Origin: a virus
Lineage: Duplodnaviria; Caudoviricetes
Length of the DNA stretch: 54,824 bases
Reading direction: 5' to 3' (one strand)
Virus record (IMG/VR): IMGVR_UViG_3300032240_002260
Span: 1 to 54,824 of that record
Made by a program: the position numbers and the translations under genes. Below, piece by piece: positions 17,572 through 28,486 of the stretch; position 1 is the first letter of the stretch; each line of letters opens with the position of its first letter. The notes beneath the pieces are model-generated. The model was not told where the DNA came from, made no database searches, and saw only the letters and a list, made by a program, of their open reading frames with translations.

Positions 17572-18876
17572 ATGAAACAGTTTTGCGTAATTAGTTGTCC
17601 GATAGACACACATTCGGGTTATGGTGCTAGAGCTAGAGATTTTGTTAAAGCGCTATATGAATTAAAAAAAGATGAATACGATATTCAAATTGTATCTCAA
17701 CGTTGGGGTCAAACTCCTTGGGGATATATAAATGAAAATAAAGAAGAGTGGGGATGGCTTACTAGTCTTATTTCTCCAAATGGACAACTCCAAAAACAAC
17801 CAGATATTTGGATTCAAATTACAGTTCCAAATGAATTTCAACCAATAGGTAAGTATAATATTGGCGTAACTGCAGGCATTGAAACTACTATATGTGATCC
17901 TAGTTGGATCGAAGGTTGTAATAGAATGAATGTTACATTAGCATCATCTCAACATGCCATTAATGTATTTAAATCATCTGCCTTTGAAAAGAAAGATCAG
18001 AATGGAAATACTATTCAGATAATTAAATTAGAAAAGCCTGTAGAAATTATGTTCGAAGGTGTAAATCTAAATAAGTATTTTGAAGTAGCAGATGAAAATC
18101 TTGAAGAGACAGATCTAGTATTAGAATTAGATGAGATAAAAGAAGAGTTCTGTTTTCTTTTTGTAGGACATTGGCTTCAAGGAGAAATAGGCGAAGATAG
18201 AAAAAATGTTGGTCTAATGATTAAAACATTCTTAGAGACATTCAAAGATAAAAAGCAAAAGCCAGCCTTGATTATGAAAACAACTGGTGTTGGTGCTTCT
18301 ATAATGGATCGTGAAGAAATGCTTAAAAAGATTGAAACAATTAGAAACATTGTTAAAGGAGATTTCCCTAATATCTATCTTCTTCATGGAGAACTTGAAG
18401 ATCAAGATATGAACAATCTTTATAACCATCCTAAAGTTAAAGCTATGTTTAATCTAACTAAGGGTGAAGGATTCGGTAGGCCTTTATTAGAATTTGCTAT
18501 GGCTAAAAAACCAATCATAGTATCTGGATGGTCTGGACATGTAGACTTTTTAAATCCTGAATTTACTTGCTTTATTCAAGGAGAATTAAAAAATGTGCAT
18601 CCTTCTGCACAAGTACAAAATATGATTTTATCAGAATCTGCATGGTTTAGTCCAGATATAAATCAAGCCTCAGCATTTTTAAAATTAGTTTATGAAAAAT
18701 ATGATAAGTATGTAGAGCTTGCAAAAAGACAGTCTCATCAATGTAAAGCTAATCATTCATTTGAAGAAATGAAAAAATTGCTTTCAACTTACTTAGATCA
18801 AATTCCTAAGCAAGAACAAATAAAACTACCTACTCTTAAGAAGATAGAACTTCCTAAACTTAAAAAAGCTGAATAA
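17572..18876 (+). CDS. GT-B fold glycosyltransferase (GT4-like)
   Basis: SGYG, DRKNV, EGFGRPLLE motif. Confidence 0.88.
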   Translation: MKQFCVISCPIDTHSGYGARARDFVKALYELKKDEYDIQIVSQRWGQTPWGYINENKEEWGWLTSLISPNGQLQKQPDIWIQITVPNEFQPIGKYNIGVTAGIETTICDPSWIEGCNRMNVTLASSQHAINVFKSSAFEKKDQNGNTIQIIKLEKPVEIMFEGVNLNKYFEVADENLEETDLVLELDEIKEEFCFLFVGHWLQGEIGEDRKNVGLMIKTFLETFKDKKQKPALIMKTTGVGASIMDREEMLKKIETIRNIVKGDFPNIYLLHGELEDQDMNNLYNHPKVKAMFNLTKGEGFGRPLLEFAMAKKPIIVSGWSGHVDFLNPEFTCFIQGELKNVHPSAQVQNMILSESAWFSPDINQASAFLKLVYEKYDKYVELAKRQSHQCKANHSFEEMKKLLSTYLDQIPKQEQIKLPTLKKIELPKLKKAE

Positions 18877-19265
18877 TGACATCAAGAGATTTTGTAATTT
18901 GGCTTAGAGGATTTACAGAAGCTTGTAACGATTTCACTGCTACACCAAAGCAGTGGGATCGCATCAAGGAAGTATTAGAAGACGTAGAAGAATATGATGA
19001 TAATCCTGGTATAGATGTAGAAATAGATGGTTGGGAAGATTGGTATCAAAAACCACCTCAAACTAATATAGATTTTCCTTTATCAGGATCTATGTCAACA
19101 ACTTCTATTAATTTGACAAGCGGATCATCAGGCACTTGTTATACTACGAAAGTATGGAATGATCAAATGGGAGCATGGCATTACACAAATTATCCTGAAG
19201 GATTTGGATTCTATACTAATAGCACATTAGAAGGAAAAAATAAAAAAGAATTACTCAATGACTGA
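18876..19265 (+). CDS. Hypothetical phage protein
   Basis: TAATG-coupled ORF. Confidence 0.7.
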   Translation: MTSRDFVIWLRGFTEACNDFTATPKQWDRIKEVLEDVEEYDDNPGIDVEIDGWEDWYQKPPQTNIDFPLSGSMSTTSINLTSGSSGTCYTTKVWNDQMGAWHYTNYPEGFGFYTNSTLEGKNKKELLND

Positions 19266-19704
19266 TAAATTAATTACATGCGCGAAATGTAAAGCGCCAG
19301 ACTCTTGCTATGCGCAAGACATAAATGAATTTCATAAATCATATGTTTGTTTAAACTGCGGATTTCAAACTAACGACTTAATGAGAGAAGGTGAATTTGA
19401 TTTTGAACAATATGAACTAGAGCTTCCTGAATTATATAAGGACGTAAAATATACAGACGAAGAAGGTAGAATGTGGTATCCTAATATAATCAATATAGAA
19501 GATAAAGGTACTGTGTTTGTAAATGGAACATCAAAAGATAATTGGGAGTGGTGTGGAATTAAAAGTATTCCTTTAACACATGAAGAAAAAGAAAGTACTA
19601 GATTCAAAGGAAAGAATTATAAATCAGATTCTACAACACTTCAAAATTTTGGAACAGATTATTTTGCTGCTGCAGATTATATAGGATTCTTTGATATAAA
19701 TTAA
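19258..19704 (+). CDS. Zinc-binding hypothetical protein
   Basis: CAKC...CLNCGF. Confidence 0.7.
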   Translation: MTDKLITCAKCKAPDSCYAQDINEFHKSYVCLNCGFQTNDLMREGEFDFEQYELELPELYKDVKYTDEEGRMWYPNIINIEDKGTVFVNGTSKDNWEWCGIKSIPLTHEEKESTRFKGKNYKSDSTTLQNFGTDYFAAADYIGFFDIN

Positions 19705-19708
19705 GTAT

Positions 19709-20305
19709 ATGCCATCAATTAGTTATGCTATTACCGCGTGTAATGAACACAAAGAGCTATCCTTCTTGTTAGAATTGTTACGTAATAATATACGCCAAGA
19801 AGATGAAATAGTAATCCAATTAGACTCTAATGCGACCCAAGAAGTTAGAGATATTTCTAAAGATTATATAGAGTTTCCTTTAAATAAAGACTTTAGTTCT
19901 TTTAAAAATAATCTAAGTAAGCACTGCACTAAAGACTATATCTTTCAAATAGATGCAGATGAATATCCCCATCTAAATTTAATTGCAAACTTGGCAGATA
20001 TAGTTGATTATAATCAAACAATTGATGTATTTTTAGTTCCTAGAATAAACACTGTATCTGGACTTACTCAAGAGCACATTCAAAAATGGGGATGGAAAGT
20101 AGAAGACGATAGAATTAATTTCCCAGACTATCAATGGAGAATCTGGAAAAATAAGAGAACAATCTTTTGGGTAAATAAAGTTCATGAAAGACTCGCAGGA
20201 TTCAAACAATACTCATTACTTCCTCAAATGGAAGAATATTGTTTGTTTCATCCTAAAGATATTAAAAGACAAGAAAAACAAAATCAATTATACGAAACAA
20301 TTTAG
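19709..20305 (+). CDS. Glycosyltransferase family 2
   Basis: ITACNE, IDADE (DxD), VHE motif. Confidence 0.85.
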   Translation: MPSISYAITACNEHKELSFLLELLRNNIRQEDEIVIQLDSNATQEVRDISKDYIEFPLNKDFSSFKNNLSKHCTKDYIFQIDADEYPHLNLIANLADIVDYNQTIDVFLVPRINTVSGLTQEHIQKWGWKVEDDRINFPDYQWRIWKNKRTIFWVNKVHERLAGFKQYSLLPQMEEYCLFHPKDIKRQEKQNQLYETI

Positions 20306-20307
20306 TT

Positions 20308-21669
20308 ATGACAAAAGCAGAAACTTATCAGGATTTAGAAGGTTATGATTTTACTGAAAAAGAAATTCTATCATTAGTACAAAAGTACATTGAAGAAAAA
20401 CATTACAAGAAAACTTGGAAAGCTGGAAAGGATTGGGTTCAATATGCTGGACCTTATTTTGATTCTAGAGAGTATGTAGCAGCAGTTAAAAGCTTATTGA
20501 GTGAGTGGTTAGTATTAGGAGCTGATGCTAATAAGTTTGAAACTAAGTTTCCTAAAAAGTTTGGAAAAGAGTATGGTCTATTAGTTAACTCTGGTTCTAG
20601 TGCTAATTTATTGATGCTACTTGCATTGACATCTAAAAGAGGTTTAAATTTACCTAAAGGCACAAAAGTAATTACTCCTATTGCAGGTTTTCCAACTACA
20701 ATTAATCCTATTCTTCAGATTGGATTTACTCCTGTATTTGTCGATATTGAATTACAAACTCTTAATCTTGATTTAGATCAAGTAGAACAAGCTTGTATAG
20801 ATAATCCTGATGTTAAGGTAATAACATTCGCTCACGTATTAGGAAACCCTCCAAACATGAATAGATTGATGGAGATCATTGAAAAATATAAACTAATACT
20901 ACTTGAAGATTGTTGTGATGCATTAGGATCATTTTATGAAGGTAAACCTCTTGGATCTTTTGGTGACTTGGCAAGTTGTTCATTCTATCCAGCTCACCAT
21001 ATGACTATAGGTGAAGGCGGATTTGTAGCATGTAAAGATGAAAACACAGAAAGGATTATAAGAAGTTTTAGAGAGTGGGGTCGTGGTTGTTATTGTATCG
21101 GTAAACAAAATCTATTAGAGAAAGGTTCATGTGGCTGTCGCTTTAATACATGGCTACCATCGCTACCTAATGATATATTTGATCACAAATATGTTTATGA
21201 AGAGATTGGTTATAATTTGAAACCTATTGAGCTTCAGGCATCAATTGGATTAGTTCAAATGGAGAAGTTAGAAGAGATAGGACAAAAGCGTAGAGACAAT
21301 TATAAAAATCTATTCTCCGCATTTAGTAAGTACAAGGAATATTTTCATTTACATGAAGCACAACCAGGAGCTGATGTTGATTGGTTTGCTTTCCCAGTAA
21401 CTGTTAAAGATGAAGCTCCTTTTAAACGTTCTGATATATGCCAATTCTTTGAATCAAATAAAGTTCAAACTAGACCTTACTTTGCAGGTAATATTATGCT
21501 TCAACCAGCCTATGAAGGACTTATGGATCCACAAGAAGTGATTACAAAATTTCCTGTAGCAAGAAAAGTTACAACAGATACATTCTTCTTAGGAACATCT
21601 CCAGTCATTAATAAAGAGAAGACAGACTACATTGAAACTATCTTGGATAAATTTATAAGCCAATTATGA
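20308..21669 (+). CDS. rfbH: NDP-4-keto-6-deoxyglucose 3-dehydrase (E1, RfbH/DdhC type; DegT/DnrJ family)
   Basis: VNSGSSANLL, EDCCDALG, SFYPAHHMT.GEGG (His replaces the PLP-binding Lys), WGRGCYC...CGCRF Fe-S motif, DHKY. Confidence 0.9.
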   Translation: MTKAETYQDLEGYDFTEKEILSLVQKYIEEKHYKKTWKAGKDWVQYAGPYFDSREYVAAVKSLLSEWLVLGADANKFETKFPKKFGKEYGLLVNSGSSANLLMLLALTSKRGLNLPKGTKVITPIAGFPTTINPILQIGFTPVFVDIELQTLNLDLDQVEQACIDNPDVKVITFAHVLGNPPNMNRLMEIIEKYKLILLEDCCDALGSFYEGKPLGSFGDLASCSFYPAHHMTIGEGGFVACKDENTERIIRSFREWGRGCYCIGKQNLLEKGSCGCRFNTWLPSLPNDIFDHKYVYEEIGYNLKPIELQASIGLVQMEKLEEIGQKRRDNYKNLFSAFSKYKEYFHLHEAQPGADVDWFAFPVTVKDEAPFKRSDICQFFESNKVQTRPYFAGNIMLQPAYEGLMDPQEVITKFPVARKVTTDTFFLGTSPVINKEKTDYIETILDKFISQL

Positions 21670-22652
21670 AAATAGCTTTTATATCTGAAATGGGATTTGA
21701 AGGTAAAGTGCCTTCTAATCATCCTAATGCAAGAACAGAATTTTCTTGGATGAATGCTTTGGATGCAGACCATTATAATATTAGAAATATAGATAGAGTT
21801 GTTAATTACGATCATGTGTTTATAATCTTTCCTAAAGGAGAAGTATACTTAAATGCATTTGCTGTTAAATTATCGGATAAGCAAAATTCAGTATCAGACT
21901 TATTAAGATCTTCATTAGTAGATAAACTTAAATCATGTAATAGTAAAGTTCACTATGTACAAGAAGGTCCTCATTGGCTATTCAATGATTATGAGATCTA
22001 CGATCAAATATATTTTTATAACATGATAGCCAACTGTGATTCTATATTTGCTCATAATGAACATGATGCATTATATTACAAAGGAATGTTTCCAAATAAA
22101 CCTGTGAATGTTATTCCTACATTAATGATAGAAGATCTTATTAAAGATATAGTACCGACTAAAGAAAATAAGACTATCATAGGAGGTAACTTTGCAAGAT
22201 GGTATGGAGGATTTGAAAGTTACATGGTAGCAGATAACTTTGAAACAGAAATATGGGCACAAGAGTCACATGCTAAAAGAGTTGCAGAAGAAAAGGTGGA
22301 TTGTATAAAACACTTACCAAGACTTATATGGATAGACTGGATGAAAGCTTTATCAACATTTAAGTATGGAGTTCATCTAATGCCTACAGTTGCTGCAGGT
22401 ACATTTAGTCTTAACTGTGCATATTTTGGAATACCTTGTATAGGTAATAAAGATGTTGATACACAATCTATGTGCCATCCTTATTTATCTGTTGATGTCA
22501 ATGATATACAAAGAGCTAGAGAATTATCTCTTACTTTAAAAAATGATACATCATTTTATGAGGAATGTAGTTATATTGCAAAAAATAATTATAGACTTTA
22601 TTACAATATTGAAACCTGGAAAGATAATATTTTAAATATATTAAAAAAATAA
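21666..22652 (+). CDS. Putative GT-B glycosyltransferase
   Basis: AGTFSLNCAYFGIPCIG in the position of the GT-B donor loop; operon context. Confidence 0.55.
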   Translation: MKIAFISEMGFEGKVPSNHPNARTEFSWMNALDADHYNIRNIDRVVNYDHVFIIFPKGEVYLNAFAVKLSDKQNSVSDLLRSSLVDKLKSCNSKVHYVQEGPHWLFNDYEIYDQIYFYNMIANCDSIFAHNEHDALYYKGMFPNKPVNVIPTLMIEDLIKDIVPTKENKTIIGGNFARWYGGFESYMVADNFETEIWAQESHAKRVAEEKVDCIKHLPRLIWIDWMKALSTFKYGVHLMPTVAAGTFSLNCAYFGIPCIGNKDVDTQSMCHPYLSVDVNDIQRARELSLTLKNDTSFYEECSYIAKNNYRLYYNIETWKDNILNILKK

Positions 22653-23459
22653 ATGGAACAATACGTATTTTTACATCCAACGCAACCTAATTCAGGATTG
22701 TTTGCTTTTATTTGGCAAACATTAAGAGGCATGTATCACTATCCTAATAACAAATATTATATATTATTTGGAAAAGAATGTTGTTATTTTGATGATGATA
22801 TATACTCCCAACAAGGAGTTGATAATGTATGGGAATATTATTTTGAGCAACCTCATATCCAGATCTTACCAGAAAAAAATCAGATTGTTAAAGAAGTAGG
22901 TTTATTATTTGATGAATTTAGTGAATTCAGAGATGTATTTTTAGATCCAGAAACTTATAAAATAAGAAGATCTGAATATAATAAAATTATAACTGAAAAT
23001 CTAAAATTGCTTCCTCACGTTTCTGAAAAATTAGAAGATTTTTACAATACTAATTTTGTAGGAAAAAAAGTTTTAGGATTACATATAAGAGGCACAGATC
23101 ATCCTGATAAATTACCAATGCATTTGTATGTTGAAAAAATTAAAAAACATATAAATGATTATGACGTCCTATTTGTTACTTCAGATGAACAAAGTAGAGT
23201 AGACTATATTAAAAATGAGTTTGGAGATAGAGTTTTATTGTATCCTACATTTAGAAGCCAAAATCAACAACCATTGCATTATCAAACTAGTCATAGTTAT
23301 AATAAGTATTTTGTTGGAGAAGAGGTTATAATTGAAGCTTATTTATTAGCTAGAACAAATTTCTTATTGTGCTGCTCAGGATCTAATGTAAACTTCTTTG
23401 TTAGGAGTTTAAACAAAGATTTAGGATACGAAATATTTTATACACCACCAATTCAATAA
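22653..23459 (+). CDS. NodZ/GT23-like fucosyltransferase
   Basis: LGLHIRGTD, FVTSD, EAYLLA...SGSNV motifs. Confidence 0.7.
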   Translation: MEQYVFLHPTQPNSGLFAFIWQTLRGMYHYPNNKYYILFGKECCYFDDDIYSQQGVDNVWEYYFEQPHIQILPEKNQIVKEVGLLFDEFSEFRDVFLDPETYKIRRSEYNKIITENLKLLPHVSEKLEDFYNTNFVGKKVLGLHIRGTDHPDKLPMHLYVEKIKKHINDYDVLFVTSDEQSRVDYIKNEFGDRVLLYPTFRSQNQQPLHYQTSHSYNKYFVGEEVIIEAYLLARTNFLLCCSGSNVNFFVRSLNKDLGYEIFYTPPIQ

Positions 23460-23461
23460 AA

Positions 23462-24442
23462 ATGATACAAATAAATTTATTTTGTGGTAAAGATCAAACA
23501 GGTCATAGATCTACTATAACTAAAGCCGCATTAAATCAGTTAGCTAGTATATCTGAAAATAATAAAAGTCAAATAGATCTTTTAATATACCATGATGAGA
23601 ATGAAGAATCTTTATGGGAAGCTGAGGCTTATAAATTGGTACAAAAAAATATATCTACCACTTTAGTTAGTATGCCTAATAATGAATACATGGAAAAGCT
23701 TAAAATAGCTTTACAATCAGAGCATGAGTATTCATGCAAATGGGATAATGACGTGTTCGTAAATTCAGACATTTGGAATTATTTGATAGAGAATATAGAA
23801 GTTGTTAAAGATCCAAAAGTTTCTTTATTGGCACCAACCCTATCTAATGGAATGCCTACTATAGAATTATTTATAAAAGATTTTCTTACAGAAAAAGAAA
23901 AGGAAGTAGTTGGAAATATTTTTATCAAAGATAATATAGTAAAAGATATTTTTAGTTGCAATTATAATGAAATAATATCTTATATATCTGGCCTAAAAAG
24001 TTGGGATGGAGATAGATATTGGAAAGTTATGGATATGCATAATCCAATTATGGATAGACCTCATTTACCTTGGTATTATAGTATAGCTAAAGGGGTTCAT
24101 CCTGGTAGGTTTTCTTATGATTACAATAAATTTATTTTAGATCATGCTATTAATAATATTGATAAAGTTTTAAATAGCAGTAATTTATATTTAGAGCCAT
24201 ACATAACTCCATATTTTTGTAATAACATATTCCTAACTACAACAGAATATTGGAAAAGATCTCAAGAATTATTCTTTGATAATTGGGATGAGGGACAACT
24301 AACAATGTTGGCTAATAGAGAAAACAAATCCCCAGTATATGTAAGAAATTGTTATGGTATTCATATGGCTTATGGATGTACAAAAAATCAATTGGAAATA
24401 GAAAAAGATTATATTGATAATTTATTTAACAAATTAATATGA
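23462..24442 (+). CDS. Putative GT-A glycosyltransferase
   Basis: KWDNDVF DxD, DEG and HMAY motifs; context. Confidence 0.55.
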   Translation: MIQINLFCGKDQTGHRSTITKAALNQLASISENNKSQIDLLIYHDENEESLWEAEAYKLVQKNISTTLVSMPNNEYMEKLKIALQSEHEYSCKWDNDVFVNSDIWNYLIENIEVVKDPKVSLLAPTLSNGMPTIELFIKDFLTEKEKEVVGNIFIKDNIVKDIFSCNYNEIISYISGLKSWDGDRYWKVMDMHNPIMDRPHLPWYYSIAKGVHPGRFSYDYNKFILDHAINNIDKVLNSSNLYLEPYITPYFCNNIFLTTTEYWKRSQELFFDNWDEGQLTMLANRENKSPVYVRNCYGIHMAYGCTKNQLEIEKDYIDNLFNKLI

Positions 24443-25080
24443 TAGACCTATCAATGATAGATATAATTTCTATTAACTGTGTGAATCCAGAAGAGTCTGT
24501 AAAAGCATTATTGTACAGTACAGAAAAAATAAAATTTGGATCCATAAAATTATTCTCTCATGTAAAGCCAGAAAATTTACCAGATCACTTTGAATTTATA
24601 CAAACAGAAAAATTCACTCATGATACTATTAATTGGTTCGCTTTAAATACTCTTCCTAGATATATAAAAAACGATTATGTGTTATCAATTCATGATGACG
24701 GATTTATTTTAAATCCAAATAATTGGAAGAATGAATTTTTAGATTATGATTATATAGGGGCTCCATGGCCTGCATTACCGTGGTGTAATAGGAATCGAGT
24801 AGGTAATGGTGGATTTGTTCTTTACAGTAAAAAATTTTTAAATTATTGTTTAAGTATTCCAAAAACAACTAAACATAATGATGTAGTTATAACTAACGAG
24901 TATTATGATTTTTTTGTAAATAGTGGATGCAAATACGCACCATTAGAAGTTGCGTGTAAATTTTCTTTAGAAAATGAAATACCAGAATGCAAATTCGATC
25001 TTACAAAAACATTTGGATTTCATGGAAAATTAAATCATCAATCAATAAAGTCTATAGAATTATTAAAAAAATATAATTAA
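24439..25080 (+). CDS. DUF5672 family glycosyltransferase-like protein
   Basis: HDDGF, YDYIGAPW, VGNGGF, FGFH. Confidence 0.75.
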   Translation: MIDLSMIDIISINCVNPEESVKALLYSTEKIKFGSIKLFSHVKPENLPDHFEFIQTEKFTHDTINWFALNTLPRYIKNDYVLSIHDDGFILNPNNWKNEFLDYDYIGAPWPALPWCNRNRVGNGGFVLYSKKFLNYCLSIPKTTKHNDVVITNEYYDFFVNSGCKYAPLEVACKFSLENEIPECKFDLTKTFGFHGKLNHQSIKSIELLKKYN

Positions 25081-25081
25081 T

Positions 25082-25927
25082 ATGAAAAATTTAAATGTTT
25101 TCGGAGCATCAGGTTTTATAGGAAGTAGATTCTGTGAAATAAATGCTGCCAATGTGGTTATTCAGGATAGGAATAATTATAAATCTCAAACAAATCAAAT
25201 ACTGTATTTTATTAGTACAGTAGATAATTACAATATACATAAAGATCTTCATTTAGATATCAATACAAATTTAAATGTATTAATGTCTGTATTAGAAAAT
25301 ATCAATAAAGAAGATAAAGACTTTGTATTTAATTTTGTAAGTTCTTGGTTTGTTTATGGAAAAAATGAAGTTCTTCCATTTAATGAAAAGTATTCAATTT
25401 GTAATCCTACAGGTTTTTATTCAATTACAAAAAGAGCAGCTGAGCAATTACTGATTAGTTTTTGTGAAACCTTTGGAATAAAATATAGAATCTTTAGATT
25501 ATCTAATGTTTTAGGAGAGGGAGATACGAAAATATCTAGAAAAAAGAATGCTTTACAACATATGATAAAATGTTTATGCGACAATGAAGAGATCTTTTTA
25601 TACGATGGAGGTAATGCAGTTAGAGATTACATATATGTTGATGATGTATGTAATGCTATTATGCATTGTTTATATAATGCTCCTGTTAATGAAATTATTA
25701 ACATAGGAAGTGGAAGAAGAACTTTACTTAGAGATCTTATTTATATTGCTCAAGATTTATCAAATTCTACTTCTAAAATAAATATTATACAACCTCCACA
25801 TTTTCATGATGTAGTCCAAGTAAAAGACTCGTATCTAGACATTACTAAATTAAAGTCTTATGGATTTGAATCTAAATATAAAGTAGAAGACGTGGTTGCT
25901 AAATTAGTTAATCACTATAAAAAATAA
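25082..25927 (+). CDS. NAD-dependent sugar epimerase/4-reductase (extended SDR)
   Basis: GASGFIG, YSITK (YxxxK), RDYIYVDD. Confidence 0.88.
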   Translation: MKNLNVFGASGFIGSRFCEINAANVVIQDRNNYKSQTNQILYFISTVDNYNIHKDLHLDINTNLNVLMSVLENINKEDKDFVFNFVSSWFVYGKNEVLPFNEKYSICNPTGFYSITKRAAEQLLISFCETFGIKYRIFRLSNVLGEGDTKISRKKNALQHMIKCLCDNEEIFLYDGGNAVRDYIYVDDVCNAIMHCLYNAPVNEIINIGSGRRTLLRDLIYIAQDLSNSTSKINIIQPPHFHDVVQVKDSYLDITKLKSYGFESKYKVEDVVAKLVNHYKK

Positions 25928-25940
25928 TTTTTTTATTCTA

Positions 25941-26774
25941 ATGAGTTTTATTACTTTTGATAAAATAGGAATATCTGGTAATTTAGGATCTCAAATACAA
26001 CAGTACGCTTGTTTGTTTGCTATTGCAAAAGAGACTAATAAAAAAATAGTGTTTTCTAAATCTAGTTTAAATCTAGGGTTTGGATTCAAATTTTCTAAAG
26101 CATTAAATGTAGATATCGAATTAGTAGACGATTCTATTATAACGAACTTCGTATCGTTATACCCAGAAGATATTTTATTTGATCAATCTGTATTTTATTT
26201 AGATCCTAATATGAATTATAATGTTACTAATTTACTACATTCATATCAATATTGGTATCCTAAATATAAAGACGAGATTATTAATTTTGCCTGGAATAGT
26301 GAATTATTAGAAGAGGCTAATAAAATAAAACAAGATCTATTACCTAAAGATAAAGAGCTAGTATCTTTACATGTAAGAAGAGGAGACTATCTATTTCCTG
26401 AACATCATCACTTCTGCCAATTAGATAATTCTTATTATGAAGAAGCGCTAAATGATTACATCTCAGAAATAGAAAAATATCACTTTGTTATTTTTTCGAA
26501 TGATATAGCATGGTGTAAAAATAATCTTATAGAAGGAGATATGGTTACATTTATAGATCCTAATTCTGATTACATTGATATGATCCTAATGAGTTTATGT
26601 GATCATAATATTATAGCAAATAGCAGCTTTAGTTGGTGGTCAGCATTTATGAATAAAAATCCTAATAAAAAAATAACAGCTCCTACTAATTATATAAAAA
26701 ACTATAGTAAGTTTAATTTTTTAAATAACAATTATCAAATTCCTGGATGGAAAAAAATATTAAATCAAGCATAG
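25941..26774 (+). CDS. Alpha-1,2-fucosyltransferase (GT11)
   Basis: GNLGSQ, HVRRGDY, FSNDI, NSSFSWW. Confidence 0.88.
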   Translation: MSFITFDKIGISGNLGSQIQQYACLFAIAKETNKKIVFSKSSLNLGFGFKFSKALNVDIELVDDSIITNFVSLYPEDILFDQSVFYLDPNMNYNVTNLLHSYQYWYPKYKDEIINFAWNSELLEEANKIKQDLLPKDKELVSLHVRRGDYLFPEHHHFCQLDNSYYEEALNDYISEIEKYHFVIFSNDIAWCKNNLIEGDMVTFIDPNSDYIDMILMSLCDHNIIANSSFSWWSAFMNKNPNKKITAPTNYIKNYSKFNFLNNNYQIPGWKKILNQA

Positions 26775-28462
26775 AAAAACAAAATAGATTTAAAATTATA
26801 ACTCCTTCATATAATAATGAAGATTGGGTTGAATATAACTTAGCTAGTATTTTAAATCAGACTTATACTAACTATGAAGTTCTTTATGTAGATGATAAAT
26901 CCACAGATAATACATATAAAAAAGTATTAGATATAGTAGGTGACTTGCCTAATTGGAAAATTATTAGCAATGAAAATAATAAAGGCGCTCTTAGTAATTA
27001 CTTTGATAATTTATATTTCGTAGAAGACAATGATATATTAGTACATTTAGATGGCGATGATTGGTTTTATGATGAAAATGTTTTACAAAAGTTAAATGAT
27101 TTTTATAATAGAGAAGATTGCTGGATGACATACGGAGGTTTTTTAGTATTCGAAGGAGAAGATAAAATCCCAGGTGTACCATATCCTCAATCAACAGAAT
27201 ATTCAGATTTTATACATAAGCATAAAAAATATAGGCTGGATTTATGGAGGCCTTCTCATATGAGAACATATAGAGGATTCCTTATAAAAGCAGTTAATAG
27301 AAATGATCTTAAAGATTTAGTAGAAAACAAAGATTATTGGCATGCAAGTGATTTAGCATTTCAATATCCATGTTTAGAAATGTGTTCTAAAGATAAAATC
27401 AAAGTAATAGATTTTTATGCTCATGTTTATAATCAATCTAAGACCAATAAAGATAGAACTAGGGAGAGAGAATCTACAGATAATTCAAAATACGAATTTG
27501 AAATAAGGCAAAGAAAGCATTATACAGAAGGATTAACAGGAGATAAACTTCCCCAAATAAATGTATATCCTATAGATTATTATTCAGAAAGCCATAGCAT
27601 ACCTACAAAATTTACATACGTATATGGATTGTCTAAAGGGGAGTATGATATGACTATTCTATATGACAATTCAATAAATGATTATATAGAAGGGAAAATA
27701 ATTTTAGATCCTAATAAATTAGTAGTTGCATATCAATGTGAACAAAGATCATATTTTAAAAATAATATTTTTGAAAATATAAAAAATCATTACGATAAAT
27801 TTGATTACGTACTTACTTATGATAAAGAATTACTTTCTAGTATACCTAATGCTAAATTTTTACCATCTCAAATTCAAACAACCCAATTTAATAGATTGCC
27901 TAATCCAATGGGACAGCAACCATATTCACCTATATGTGGAGATACCTCATTTGAATTAACTCCTGAAATATTTAAAATCTATCCTAAAAGCAAAATAGTT
28001 TCAGCGGTAGCTTCAAATAAGTCATTTTTGCCCGGTCATGTAAAAAGATTAGAATTTATAAATTCAATTAGTAGTAAAGTAGATTTATTTGGTAGGGGAA
28101 CTAAAAAAGAAATTTTAACTAAATTAGATGCTTTAAAAGATTATATGTTTTCTGTAGCAATAGAAAATTCTAGTGAAGACGATTATTATTTTACAGAAAA
28201 AATAGTAGATTGTTTTTTAACCGGCACTGTTCCAATTTATTATGGATGTCCACATATTGCAGAATTTTTTGATATCAGAGGCATCATAACTTTCCAAAGC
28301 TCAGAAGAATTAATAGAGATCATTGATAATCTATCAGAAAATAAATACAATTCTATGCTTCCATATATAGAATATAATTACAATAAATGTTTTGAATGGC
28401 CTATTAATAATGATATGTTATATGACATGTATTATAAACCTATTTTAAATAAAGATATTTAA
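26747..28462 (+). CDS. Bifunctional GT2 + GT10 (alpha-1,3-fucosyltransferase-like) glycosyltransferase
   Basis: N-terminal ITPSYN/DDKSTD/LDGDD; C-terminal YMFSVAIENS...YFTEKIVD.F..GTVPIYYG. Confidence 0.82.
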   Translation: MEKNIKSSIEKQNRFKIITPSYNNEDWVEYNLASILNQTYTNYEVLYVDDKSTDNTYKKVLDIVGDLPNWKIISNENNKGALSNYFDNLYFVEDNDILVHLDGDDWFYDENVLQKLNDFYNREDCWMTYGGFLVFEGEDKIPGVPYPQSTEYSDFIHKHKKYRLDLWRPSHMRTYRGFLIKAVNRNDLKDLVENKDYWHASDLAFQYPCLEMCSKDKIKVIDFYAHVYNQSKTNKDRTRERESTDNSKYEFEIRQRKHYTEGLTGDKLPQINVYPIDYYSESHSIPTKFTYVYGLSKGEYDMTILYDNSINDYIEGKIILDPNKLVVAYQCEQRSYFKNNIFENIKNHYDKFDYVLTYDKELLSSIPNAKFLPSQIQTTQFNRLPNPMGQQPYSPICGDTSFELTPEIFKIYPKSKIVSAVASNKSFLPGHVKRLEFINSISSKVDLFGRGTKKEILTKLDALKDYMFSVAIENSSEDDYYFTEKIVDCFLTGTVPIYYGCPHIAEFFDIRGIITFQSSEELIEIIDNLSENKYNSMLPYIEYNYNKCFEWPINNDMLYDMYYKPILNKDI

Positions 28463-28486
28463 TTAACAAAAACAAATAAAGATAAT

